Assembly: GCA_964035545.1 (NCBI GenBank)
Contig: OZ037768.1
Location: 14,517,675-14,581,674, forward strand
From: Bugula neritina
Taxonomy: Eukaryota > Animalia > Bryozoa
Direction of reading: 5' to 3'
DNA length: 64,000 nt
The position numbers and the translations under genes are program-made. Below the pieces are notes generated by a model. The model had not been told where the DNA came from. It did no database searches and was given only the letters and a program-made list of their open reading frames with translations. Shown here one piece after another: positions 46,580 through 62,400 of this stretch; positions within the stretch are counted from its first letter, which is position 1; each line of letters begins with the position of its first letter.

Positions 46580-49500
46580 GAAATATATGGTAACCTACTG
46601 AAATATACTGTAACACATTGAAATATTATACTGCAACAAACTGAAATACACTGTAACACACTAAAGTATACTGTAACATACAAAAATTTCCTGTAACATA
46701 CTGAAACATGTCGCAGCATTTATAATATACTGCAACACATTGAAATAGACTGCAACATACTGAAATGTGCTGTAGCATACTGAAATACACTGCAACACAC
46801 TGAAGTATACTGTAATATACAGAAATGTACTGTAACATACTGATACCTACGTCAACATACTGAAATGTACTGCAACATGCTGAAATATACTGCAACATAC
46901 CGAAATACACAGCGTAACATACTGAACTTCACTGCAACATTCTGAAATACACTGTAACACATTGAAGTACACTGCAACACATTGAAATATACTGAAATAA
47001 ATTGTAAGATACTGAAATACACTGCTACATACTGCAACATAATGAAAGATACTGCAACATACTGAAATATACTGCAAGATAATGCAATATACTGAAATAC
47101 ACTGTAACATACTGAAATACACTGTAACACATTGGAATATACTGCAACATACCAAAATATATGGTAACCTACTGAAATATGTTGCCAGCTACTGAAATAT
47201 ACTGCAACATACTGCAACATAATGAAATATACTGCAACAAACTGAAAGATACTGCAACATACTAAATTATACTGTGGCCTACTGAAACACATTGTAACAT
47301 TTTGAAATATGATGTAATACACCGAAACAAAGTGCAACATACTGAAATTTACCGGAACATACTGGAATAAACTGTGACACACTAAATTATTATGCAACAG
47401 ACTGAAAGACACCGCAACATACTGAAATATACTGAGACACAATGAAATATACTGCAACATACTGAAATAGGCCGCAGCATACTGAAATACAATGCAACAC
47501 ACTGAAGTATACTGTAATACCCAGATATGTACTGTCCTATACTGAAATATACTGCAACATACTGAAATACACTGTAACATACTGAATTACACCGCAACAC
47601 ACTGAAGTAAACGGTAATATACAGTAATGTACTGTAAAATACTGAAATACACTGCAACATACTGAAATATATGGTAATCTACTGAAAATTGTTACAAACT
47701 ACCGAACAATACTTCAAAATACTGAAATATACATAAAAATATTGAATTATACTGAAATACACTGTAACATACTGAAATACACTGTAAGATACTGAAATAC
47801 ACTGCAACACATTGGAATATACTGCAACATACCAAAAAATATGGTAACCTACCGAAATATGTTACAAGCTACTGAAACATACTGCAACATACTGCAACAT
47901 ACTGAAACATACGGCAACATACTGAAATATACTGTGAGACAATGAAATATACTGCAACATACAGAAATATGCTGTAGCACACTGAAATACACCGCAACAC
48001 ACTAAAGTGTACTGTAATATACAGAAATGTACTGTAACATACGGAAACCTACGTCAACATGCTGAAATATACTGCAACATACTGAAATACACACCGTAAC
48101 ATACAAAACTCCACTGCAACGTTCTGAAATACACTGTAACACATTGAAATACACTGCAACACATTGAAATATACTGAAATACATTGTAAGATACTGAAAT
48201 ACACTGCAACATACTGCAACATTAGGAAATATATGGTAACCTACTGAAATATGTTGCAAAAGACTGAAATATACTGTAACATACTAAGACATACTGCAAC
48301 ATACTGAAATATAATGCAACATACTGAAATATACCGCAACATACTGCAACATACTGAAATACTCTGTAACATACTGAAATACACTGCAACACACTGGAAC
48401 CTATTGAAATGTACTGTAACATTTTGAAATACACTGCAAAACATTAGAATATACCGCAACGTACTGAAATATATGGTAACCTACTGAAATATACTGTAAC
48501 ACATTGAAATATTATACTGTAACAAACTGAAACACACTGCAACACACTAAAGTATACTGTAGCATACAAAAATTTCCTGTAACATACTGAAACATGTCGC
48601 AGCATTTATAATATACTGCAACACATTGAAATAGACTGCAACATACTGAAATGTGCTGTAGCATACTGAAATACACTGCAACACACTGAAGTATACTGTA
48701 ATATACAGAAATGTACTGTAACATACTGATACCTACGTCAACATACTGAAATGTACTGCAACATGCTGAAATATACTGCAACATACCGAAATACACAGCG
48801 TAACATACTGAACTTCACTGCAACATTCTGAAATACACTGTAACACATTGAAGTACACTGCAACACATTGAAATATACTGAAATAAATTGTAAGATACTG
48901 AAATACACTGCTACATACTGCAACATAATGAAAGATACTGCAACATACTGAAATATACTGCAAGATAATGCAATATACTGAAATACACTGTAACATACTG
49001 AAATACACTGTAACACATTGGAATATACTGCAACATACCAAAATATATGGTAACCTACTGAAATATGTTGCCAGCTACTGAAATATACTGCAACATACTG
49101 CAACATAATGAAATATACTGCAACAAACTGAAAGATACTGCAACATACTAAATTATACTGTGGCCTACTGAAACACATTGTAACATTTTGAAATATGATG
49201 TAATACACCGAAACAAAGTGCAACATACTGAAATTTACCGGAACATACTGGAATAAACTGTGACACACTAAATTATTATGCAACAGACTGAAAGACACCG
49301 CAACATACTGAAATATACTGAGACACAATGAAATATACTGCAACATACTGAAATAGGCCGCAGCATACTGAAATACAATGCAACACACTGAAGTATACTG
49401 TAATACCCAGATATGTACTGTCCTATACTGAAATATACTGCAACATACTGAAATACACTGTAACATACTGAATTACACCGCAACACACTGAAGTAAACGG

Positions 49501-50440
49501 TAATATACAGTAATGTACTGTAAAATACTGAAATACACTGCAACATACTGAAATATATGGTAATCTACTGAAAATTGTTACAAACTACCGAACAATACTT
49601 CAAAATACTGAAATATACATAAAAATATTGAATTATACTGAAATACACTGTAACATACTGAAATACACTGTAAGATACTGAAATACACTGCAACACATTG
49701 GAATATACTGCAACATACCAAAAAATATGGTAACCTACCGAAATATGTTACAAGCTACTGAAACATACTGCAACATACTGCAACATACTGAAACATACGG
49801 CAACATACTGAAATATACTGTGAGACAATGAAATATACTGCAACATACTGAAATATGCTGTAGCACACTGAAATACACCGCAACACACTAAAGTGTACTG
49901 TAATATACAGAAATGTACTGTAACATACGGAAACCTACGTCAACATGCTGAAATATACTGCAACATACTGAAATACACACCGTAACATACAAAACTCCAC
50001 TGCAACGTTCTGAAATACACTGTAACACATTGAAATACACTGCAACACATTGAAATATACTGAAATACATTGTAAGATACTGAAATACACTGCAACATAC
50101 TGCAACATTAGGAAATATATGGTAACCTACTGAAATATGTTGCAAAAGACTGAAATATACTGTAACATACTAAGACATACTGCAACATACTGAAATATAA
50201 TGCAACATACTGAAATATACCGCAACATACTGCAATATACTGAAATACTCTGTAACATACTGAAATACACTGCAACACACTGGAACCTATTGAAATGTAC
50301 TGTAACATTTTGAAATACACTGCAAAACATTAGAATATACCGCAACGTACTGAAATATATGGTAACCTACTGAAATATACTGTAACACATTGAAATATTA
50401 TACTGTAACAAACTGAAACACACTGCAACACACTAAAGTA
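46580..50440. repeat. Tandem duplication, unit 1886 bp, two near-identical copies
   Basis: Offset 1886 (46626/48512, 46852/48738, 48002/49888, 48241/50127). Confidence 0.92.
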
Positions 50441-53400
50441 TACTGTAACATACAAAAATTTCTTGTAACATACTGAAACATGCCGCAGCATTTATAATAT
50501 ACTGCAACAGATTGAAATATACTGCACCATACTGAAATATGCTGTAGCATACTGAAATACACTGCAACACACTGAAGTATACTGTAATATACAGAAATGT
50601 ACTGTAAAATACTGAAATATACTTCAACATACTGAAATATACCTAAAAATGTTGAAACATACTGAAATAAACTGTAACATACTGAAATACACTGCAACAC
50701 AATGGAATATACTGCAATATACCGAAATACATGGTAACCTACTGAAATATGACAAACTACTGAAATATACTGCAACATACTGCAACATAATGAAATACAC
50801 TGCAACACACTGAAATATACTGCAACATACTGGATTATACTGTGGCCTACTGAATCACATTGTAACATTTTGAAATATGATGTAACACACTGAAACATAC
50901 TGCGACATACTGAAAATTACCGGAACATACTGGAATAAACAGAGACACCCTAAAATTTTATGCAACATACTGGAAGATACTGCAATATACCGAAGTATAC
51001 TGTAACATATTGAAATATGCTGTAGCATACTGAACTACACTGCAACATACTGCACCCTACTGAAGTACACTGCAAAACTTTGAACTATACTGCAACATAC
51101 CGAAATATATGGTAACCTACTGAAATATGTTGCAAACCACTGAAACATACTGCAACATACTGCAACAAAATGAAATATACTGTAACACACTGAAACATAC
51201 TGCAAAATACTGAAATATACTGTAACATACTAAAACATACTGCGACATACTGAAATATAATACAACATACTGAATTACACTCCAACATACTGCAACATAC
51301 TGAAATACTCTGTAACATACTGAAATACACTGCAACACACTGAAACCTATTGAAATGTACTGTAACATATTGAAATACACTGCAACATACTGCAAAATGC
51401 TGAAATACACTGTAACATTTTGAAATACACTGCAAAACATTAAAATAAACCGCAACATACCGAAATATATGGTAACCTACTGAAATATACTGTAACACAT
51501 TGAAATATTATACTGCAACAAACTGAAACACACTGCAACACACTAAAGTATACTGTAACATACAAAAATTTCTTGTAACTTACTGAAACATGCTGCAGCA
51601 TTTATAATATACTGCAACACATTGAAATAGACTGCAACATACTGAAATACACTGCAACACATTGGAATATACTGCAACATACCGAAATATATGGTAACCT
51701 ACAGAAATATGTTACAAACTTCTGAACATACTGCAACATACTGCAACATAATCAAATATACTGCCACATACTGAAAGATACTGCAACATACTGCAACATA
51801 CTGAAATACACTGTAACATACTGAAATACACTGTAACACATTGGAATATACTGCAACATACCAAAATATATGGGAACCTACTGAAGTATGTTGCAAACTA
51901 CTGAAATATACTGCAACATACTGCAACATAATGAAATATACTGCAACAAACTGAAAGATACTGCAACATACTGAATTATACTGTGGCCTACTGAAACACA
52001 TTGTAACATTTTGAAATATGATGTAACACACCGAAACATAGTGCAACATACTGAAATTTACCGGAACATACTGGAATAAACTGTGACACACTAAATTATT
52101 ATGCAACAGACTGAAAGACACCGCAACATACTGAAATATACTGAGACACCATGAAACATACTGCAACATACTGAAATAGGCCGCAGCATACTGAAATACA
52201 CTGCAACACACTGAAGTATACTGTAATACACAGATATGTACTGTCCTATACTGAAATATACTGCAACTTACTGAAATACACTGTAACATACTGAATTACA
52301 CTGCAACACACCGGAGTAAACTGTAATATACAGTAATGTACTGTAAAATACTGAAATATACTGCAACATACTGAAAGATATGGTAACCTACTGAAATATG
52401 TTACAAACTACTGAAATATACTTCAAAATACTGAAATATACATAAAACTATTGAAATATACTGAAATACACTGTAACATATTGAAATACACTGTAACATA
52501 TTGAAATACACTGCAACACATTGAATTATACCGCAACTAACTGAAATACTCTGCATCACACTGATGTATACTGTAATATACAGAAATGTATTGTAACACA
52601 CTGAAACATGCAGCAACATACTGAAATATACTGCAACACATTGAAGTATACCGCAACATACTGAAATATGCTCTGGCATACTGAAATACACTGCTAGACA
52701 CTGAAGTATACTGTAATATACAGAAATGTACTGTAACATACTGAAACGTACGGCGACATACTGAAATGTACTGCAACATACTGAAATACACCGAAACAAA
52801 CTGAATATATGGTAACCTAACGAAATATGTTGCAAACTACTAAAATATACTGAAAGTCACCAAAAAATATCGCAACTGTGCAACATAATGGAATATACGG
52901 CAAAAACACTGGAATATACTGCAACAACCTAAGAGATACTGCAAAATACTGCAACATACTGAAATACACTGTAACATACGGAATTACACTGCAACATACT
53001 GCAACATACTGAAATACACTGTAACATAGTGAAATACACTGCAACACATTGAAATATACTGAAATACTTTGTAAGATACTGAAATACACTGCAACATACT
53101 GCAACATTAGGAAATATATGGTAACCTACTGAAATATGTTGCAAAATACTGAAATATACTGTAACATACTAAGACATACTGCAACATACTGAAATATAAT
53201 GCAACATACTGAAATATACTGCAACATACTGCAACATACTGAAATACTCTGTAACATACTGAAATACACTGCAATACACTGAAACCTATTGAAATGTACT
53301 GTAACATAATGAAATACACTGCAACATACTGCAAAATGCTGAAATACACTGTAACATTTTGAAATACACTGCAAAACATTAAAATATACCGCAACATACC

Positions 53401-56400
53401 GAAATATATGGTAACCTACTGAAATATACTGTAACACATTGAAATATTATACTGCAACAAACTGAAACACACTGCAACACACTAAAGTATACTGTAACAT
53501 ACAAAAATTTCCTGTAACATACTGAAACATGTCGCAGCATTTATAATATACTGCAACACAATGAAATAGACTGCAACATACTGAAATGTGCTGTAGCATA
53601 CTGAAATACACTGCAACACACTGAAGTATACTGTAATATACAGAAATGTACTAGAAAACCCTGAAATATATTTCAACATACTGAAAACTACCGAAAATCA
53701 TTGAAACATACTGAAATACACTGTAACATGCTGAAATACACTGCAACACATAGAATATACTGCAACATACCGAAATATATGGTAACTTACTGAAATATGT
53801 TGCAAACTACTGAAACATACTGCAACATACTGCAACATACTGAAATACACTGTAACATAGTGAAATACACTGCAACACATTGAAACATACTGCAACATAC
53901 CGAAGTATATGTTAACCTACTGAAATATGTTGCAAACCACTGAAACATACTGCAACATACTGCAACAAAATGAAATATACTGTAACACACTGAAACATAC
54001 TGCAAAATACTGAAATATACTGTAACATACTAAAACATACTGCGACATACTGAAATATAATACAACATACTGAATTACACTGCAACATACTGAAATAAAC
54101 TTCAACATACTGAAATATACCTAAAAATATTGGAACATACTGAAATACACTGTAAGATACTGAAATACACTGCAACACATTGGAATATACTGCAACATAC
54201 CAAAAAATTTGGTAACCTACTGAAATATGTTACAAACTACTGAAACATACTGCAACATACTGCAACATACTGAAACATACGGCAACATACTGAAATATAC
54301 TGTGAGACAATGAAATATACTGCAACATACTGAAATATGCTGTAGCATACTGAAATCCATCGCAACACACTGAAGTGTACTGTAATATACAGAAATGTAC
54401 TGTAACATACGGAAACCTACGTCAACATGCTGAAATATACTGCAACATACTGAAATACACACCGTAACATACTGAACTCCACTGCAACATTCTGAAATAC
54501 ATTGTAACACATTGGAATACACTGCAACACATTGAAATATACTGAAATACATTGTAAGATACTGAAATACACTGCAACATACTGCAACATTAGGAAATAT
54601 ATGGTAACCTACTGAAATATGTTGCAAAAGACTGAAATATACTGTAACATACTAAGACATACTGCAACATACTGAAATATAATGCAACATACTGAAATAT
54701 ACTGCAACATACTGCAACATACTGAAATACTCTGTAACATACTGAAATACACTGCAACACACTGAAACCTATTGAAATGTACTGTAACATTTTGAAATAC
54801 ACTGCAAAACATTAAAATATACCGCAACATACTGAAATATATGGTAACCTACTGAAATATACTGTAACACATTGAAATAATATACTGCAACAAACTGAAA
54901 CACACTGCAACACACTAAAGTATACTGTAACATACAAAAATTTACTGTAACATACTGAAACATGCCGCAGCATTTATAATACACTGCAACAGATTGAAAT
55001 ATACTGCACCATACTGAAATATGCTGTAGCATACTGAAATACACTGCAACACACTGAAGTATACTGTAATATACAGAAATGTTTTGTAAAATACTGAAAT
55101 ATACTTCAACATACTGAAATATACCTAAAAATGTTGAAACATACTGAAATACACTGTAACATACTGAAATACACTGCAACACATTGGAATATACTGCAAC
55201 ATACCGAAATATATGGTAACCTACTGAAATATGACAAACTACTGAAATATACTGCAACATACTGCAACATAATGAAATATACTGCAACATACTGAAAGAT
55301 ACTGCAACATACTGGATTATACTGTGGCCTACTGAATCACATTGTAACATTTTGAAAAATGATGTAACACACTGAAACATACTGCGACATACTGAAAATT
55401 ACCGGAACATACTGGAATAAACAGAGACACACTAAAATTTTATGCAACATACTGAAAGATACTGCAATATACCGAAGTATACTGGAACATATTGAAATAT
55501 GCTGTAGCATACTGAACTACACTGCAACATACTGCACCCTACTGAAGTACACTGCAAAACTTTGAAATATACTGCAACATACCGAAATATATGGTAACCT
55601 ACTGAAATATGTTGCAAACCACTGAAACATACTGCAACATACTGCAACAAAATGAAATATACTGTAACACACTGAAACATACTGCAAAATACTGAAATAT
55701 ACTGTAACATACTAAAGCATACTGCGACATACTGAAATATAATACAACATACTGAATTACACTCCAACATACTGAAATAAACTTCAACATACCTAAATAT
55801 ACCTAAAAACAATGAAACCTATTGAAATACACTGTAAGATACTGAAATACACTGCAACACATTAAAATATACTGCAACATACCAAAAAATATGGTAACCT
55901 ACTGAAATATGTTACAAACTACTGAAACATACTGCAACATACTGCAACATAATGAAATATACTGCAACATACTGAAAGATACTGCAACATACTGTAACTA
56001 ACTAAAATACACTGTAACATACTGAAATATACTGCAACATACTGAAATATACTGCAAGATACTGCAACATACTGAAATACATTGTAAGAGACTGAAATAC
56101 ACTGCAACATACTGCATTATACTGCAACATACTGCAACATATTGAAATACAATGTAACATATTGAAACACAATGCAACACATTGAAATATACTGAAACAT
56201 ACTGAAACATACGTCATCATACTGAAATATACTGCGACACATTGAAAAATACTGCAACATACTGTAATATACTGTAGCATACTGAAATACACTGCAACAC
56301 ACTGAAATATACTGTAATATACAGAATATTACTGTAACATACTAAAACATGCGACAACATATTGAAATATAATGCAACACATTGAAATATACTGCAACAT

Positions 56401-59400
56401 GCCGAAATATATGGTAACCTACTGAAATATGTTGCAAACTACCGAAACATACTGCAACATCCTGCAACAAAACGAAATAGACTGTAATACACTGAAACAT
56501 ACTGCAAAATACTGAAATTAACTGTAACATACTAAGACATACTGCAACATACTCATATATAATGCAACAAATTGAAATTTACTGCAACATACAAAATACA
56601 CTGCAACACACTGCAACATACTGAAAAATACTGTATCATATTGAAATACACTGTAACATATCGAAAAACACTGCAACACATTGAAATACACTGCAACATA
56701 CTGCAACATACTGTAATACACTGTAACAACTTGAAATACACTGCAACATACTGAAATACACTGTAACATATTGAAAAACACTGATACACATTGAAGTATA
56801 CCGCAACATACTGAAATATGCTGTGGCATACTGAAATACACTGCTAGACACTGAAGTATACTGTTATATACAGTAATGTACTGTAAAATACTGAAATATA
56901 CTGCAACATACTGAAATATATGGTAACCTACTGAAATATGTTACAAACTACCGAAATATACTTCAAAATACTGAAATATACCTAAAAAAATTGAAATGTA
57001 CAGAAATACACTGTAACATACTGAAATACACTGTAACATCTTGGAATACACTGCAACACATTGAAATACACCGCAACATACCGAAGTATATGGTAGCCTA
57101 CTGAAATATACTGTAACACATTGAAATATACTGCAACATACTGAAATACACTGCAACACACTAAAGTATACTGTAATAAACAGAAATGTGCTGTAACATA
57201 CTGAAACGTGCAGCAACATATTGAAATATACTGCAACATACTGAAATGTGCTGTAGCATACTAAAATACAATGCAACACACTAAACTATACTGTAAAATA
57301 CAGAAATGTACTGTAAAATACTGATATACACTGTAACACATTAGAATATACTGCAACATACCAAAATATATGGTAACCTACTGAAATATGTTGCAAACTA
57401 CTGAAATATACTGCAACATACTGCAACATAATGAAATATACTGCAACAAACTGAAAGATACTGCAACATACTGAATTATACTGTGGCCTACTGAAACACA
57501 TTGTAACATTTTGAAATATGATGTAATACGCCGAAACATAGTGCAACATACTGAAATTTACCGGAACATACTGGAATAAACTGTGACACACTAAATTATT
57601 ATGCAACAGACTGAAAGACACCGCAACATACTGAAATATACTGAGACACAATGAAATATACTGCAACATACTGAAATAGGCCGCAGCATACTGAAATACA
57701 CTGCAACAGACAGAAGTATACTGTAATACACAGACATGTACTGTCCCATACTGAAACATACGTCAACATACTGAAATGTACTGCAACATACTGAAATATA
57801 CTGCAACTTACTGAAATACACTGCAACATACTGAATTACACGGCAACACACTGAAGTAAACTGTAATATACAGTAATGTACTGTAAAATACTGAAATATA
57901 CTGCAACATACTGAAATATATGGTAACCTACTGAAATATGTTACAAACTACCGAAATATACTTCAAAATACTGAAATATACCTAAAAATATTGAAATATA
58001 CTGAAATACACTGTAACATACTGAAATACACTGTAACATATTGAAATACACTGCAACACATTGAAATATAGCGCAACATACCGAAATACTCTGCATCACA
58101 CTGAAGTATATTGTAATATACAGAAATGTATTGTAACACGCTGAAACATGCAGCAACATACTGAAATATACTGCAAAACATTGAACTATACCGCAACATT
58201 CTGAAATATGCTGTGGCATACTGAAATACACTGCTAGACACTGAAGTATACTGTAATATACAGAAATGTATTGTAACACGCTGAAACATGCAGCAACATA
58301 CTGAAATATACTGCAAAACATTGAACTATACCGCAACATACTGAAATATGCTGAGGCATACTGAAATACACTGCTAGACACTGAAGTATACTGTAATATA
58401 CAGAAATGTACTGTAACATACTGAAAAGTACGGCGACATACTGAAATGTACTGCAACATACTGAAATACACCGAAACAAACTGAATATATGGTAACCTAA
58501 CAAAATATGTTGCAAACTACTAAAATATACTGAAAGTCACCAACAAATATCGCAACTGTGCAACATAATGGAATATACGGCAAAAACACTGGAATATACT
58601 GCAACAACCTAAGAGATACTGCAAAATACTGCAACATACTGAAATACACTGTAACATACGGAATTACACTGCAACATACTGCAACATACTGAAATACACC
58701 ATAACATAGTGAAATATACTGCAACACATTGAAATATACTGCAACATACCGAAGTCTATGTTAACATACTGAAATATGTTGCAAACCACTGAAACATACT
58801 GCAACATACTGCAACAAAATGAAATATACTGTAACACACTGAAACATACTGCAAAATACTGAAATATACTGTAACATACTAAAACATACTGCGACATACT
58901 GAAATATAATACAACATACTGAATTACACTGCAACATTCTGAAATAAACTTCAACATACTGAAATATACCTAAACATATTGAAACATACCGAAATACACT
59001 GTAAGATACTGAAATACACTGCAACACATTGGAATATACTGCAACATACCAAAAAACATGGTAACCTACTGAAGTATGTTACAAACTACTGAAACATACT
59101 GCAACATACTGCAACCTACTGAAATATCCGGCAACATACTGAAATATACTGTGAGACAATGAAATATACTGCAACATACTGAAATATGCTGTAGCATACT
59201 GAAATACACCGCAACACACTGAAGTGTATTGTAATATACAGAAATGTACTGTAATACACTGAAACCTACGTCAACATGCTGAAATATACTGCAACATACT
59301 GAAATACACACCGTAACATACTGAACTCCACTGCAACATTCTGAAATACACTGTAACACATTGAAATACACTACAACACATTGAAATATACTGAAATACA

Positions 59401-62400
59401 TTGTAAGATACTGAAATACACTGCAACATACTGCAACATTAGGAAATATATGGTAACCTACTGAAATATGTTGCAAAATACTGAAATACTCTGTAACATA
59501 CTGAAATACACTGCAACACACTGAAACCTATTGAAATGTACTGTAACACTTTGAAATACACTGCAAAACATTAAAATATACCGCAACATTCCGAAATATA
59601 TGGTAACTTACTGAAATATACTGTAACACATTGAAATATTATACTGCAACAAACCGAAACACACTGCAACACACTAAAGTATACTGTAACATACAAAAAT
59701 TTACTGTAACATACTGAAACATGCCGCAGCATTTATAATATACTGCAACAGATTGAAATATACTGCAACATACTGAAATATGCTGTAGCATACTGAAATA
59801 CACTGCAACACACTGAAGTATACTGTAATATACAGAAATGTACTGTAACATACTGAAACCTACGTCAACATACTGAAATGTACTGCAACATGCTGAAATA
59901 TACTGCAACATACTGAAATACACAGCGTAACATACTGAACTTCACTGCAACATTCTGAAATACACTGTAACACATTGAAATACACTGCAACACATTGAAA
60001 TACACTGAAACAAATTGTAAGATACTGAAATACACTGCTACATACTGCAACATAATGAAATATATGGTAACCTACTGAAATATGTTGCAAACTACTGAAA
60101 TATACTGCAAGATAATGCAACATACTGAAATACACTGTAACACACTGAAATACACTGTAACACATTGGAATATACTGCAACATACCAAAATATATGGTAA
60201 CGTACTGAAATATGTTGCCAGCTACTGAAATATACTGCAACATACTGCAACATAATGAAATATACTGCAACAAACTGAAAGATACTGCAACATACTAAAA
60301 TATACTGTGGCCTACTGAAAGACATTGTAACATTTTGAAATATGATGTAACACACTGAAACATACTGCGACATACTGAAAATTACCGGAACATACTGGAA
60401 TAAACAGAGACACGCTAAAATTTTATGCAACATACTGAAAGATACTGCAATATACCGAAGTATACTGTAACATATTGAAATATGCTGTAGCATACTGAAC
60501 TACACTGCAACATACTGCACCCTACTGAAGTACACTGCAAAACTTTGAAACATACTGCAACATACCGAAATATATGGTAACCTACTGAAGTATTTTGCAA
60601 ACCACTGAAACATACTGCAACATACTGCAACAAAATGAAATATACTGTAATACACTGAAACATACTGCAAAATACTGAAAAATACTGTAACATACTAAAA
60701 CATACTGCGACATACTGAAATATAATACAACATACTGAATTACACTCCAACATACTGAAATAAACTTCAACATACCTAAATATACCTAAAAACAATGAAA
60801 CATACTGAAATACACTGTAAGATACTGAAATACACTGCACCACATTAAAATATACTGCAACATACCAAAAAATATGGTAACCTACTGAAATATGTTACAA
60901 ACTACTGAAACATACTGCAACATACTGCAACATAATGAAATATACTGCAACATACTGAAAGATACTGCAACATACTGTAACTTACTAAAATACACTGTAA
61001 CATACTGAAGTATACTGCAACATACTGAAATATACTGCAAGATACTGCAGCATACTGAAATACATTGTAAGAGACTGAAATACACTGCAACATACTGCAT
61101 TATACTGCAACATACTGCAACATATTGAAATACACTGTAACATATTGAAACACACTGCAACACATTGAAATATACTGCAACATACTGAAACATACGGCAT
61201 CATACTGAAATATACTGCGACACATTGAAATATACTGCAACATACTGTAATATGCTGTAGCATACTGAAATACACTGCAACACACTGAAATATACTGTAA
61301 TATACAGAATATTACTGTAACATACTGAAACATGCGACAACATATTGAAATATAATGCAACACATTGAAACATACTGCAACATGCCGAAATATATGGTAA
61401 CCTACTGAAATATGTTGCAAACTACCGAAACATACTGCAACATCCTGCAACAAAACGAAATAGACTGTAATACACTGAAACATACTGCAAAATACTGAAA
61501 TTTACTGTAACATACTAAGACATACTGCAACATACTGATATATAATGCAACATATTGAAATTTACTGCAACATACAAAATACAGTGCAACACACTGCAAC
61601 ATACTGAAATGTACTGTATCATATTGAAATACACTGCAACATACTGCATTATACTGCAACATACTGCAACATATTGAAAAACACTGCAACACATTGAAAT
61701 ACACTGCAACATACTGCAACATACTGTAATACACTGTAACATCTTGAAATACACTGCAACATACTGAAATACACTGTGACATATTAAATTACACTGCAAC
61801 ACACTGAAATATACTGAAACATACCGAAATATATGGTAACCTACTGAAATATGTTGCAAACTACTGAAACATACTGCAACATCCTGCAACAAAACGAGAT
61901 ACACTGTAATACACTGAAACATACTGCAAAATACTGAAATTAACTGTAACATACTAAGACATACTGCAACATACTGAAATATAATGCAACATACTGAAAT
62001 ACACTGTAACATATTGAAAAACACTGATACACATTGAAGTATACCGCAACATACTGAAATATGCTGTGGCATACTGAAATACACTGCTAGACACTGAAGT
62101 ATACTGTAATATACAGTAATGTACTGTAAAATACTGAAATATACTGCAACATACTGAAATATATGGTAACTTACTGAAATATGTTACAAACTACCGAAAT
62201 ATACTTCAAAATACTGAAATATACCTAAAAAAATTGAAATGTACTGAAATACACTGTAACATACTGAAATACACTGTACCATCTTCGAATACACTGCAAC
62301 ACATTGAAATACACCGCAACATACCGAAGTATATGGTAGCCTACCGAAATATACTGTAACACATTGAAATATACTGCAACATACTGAAATACACTGCAAC

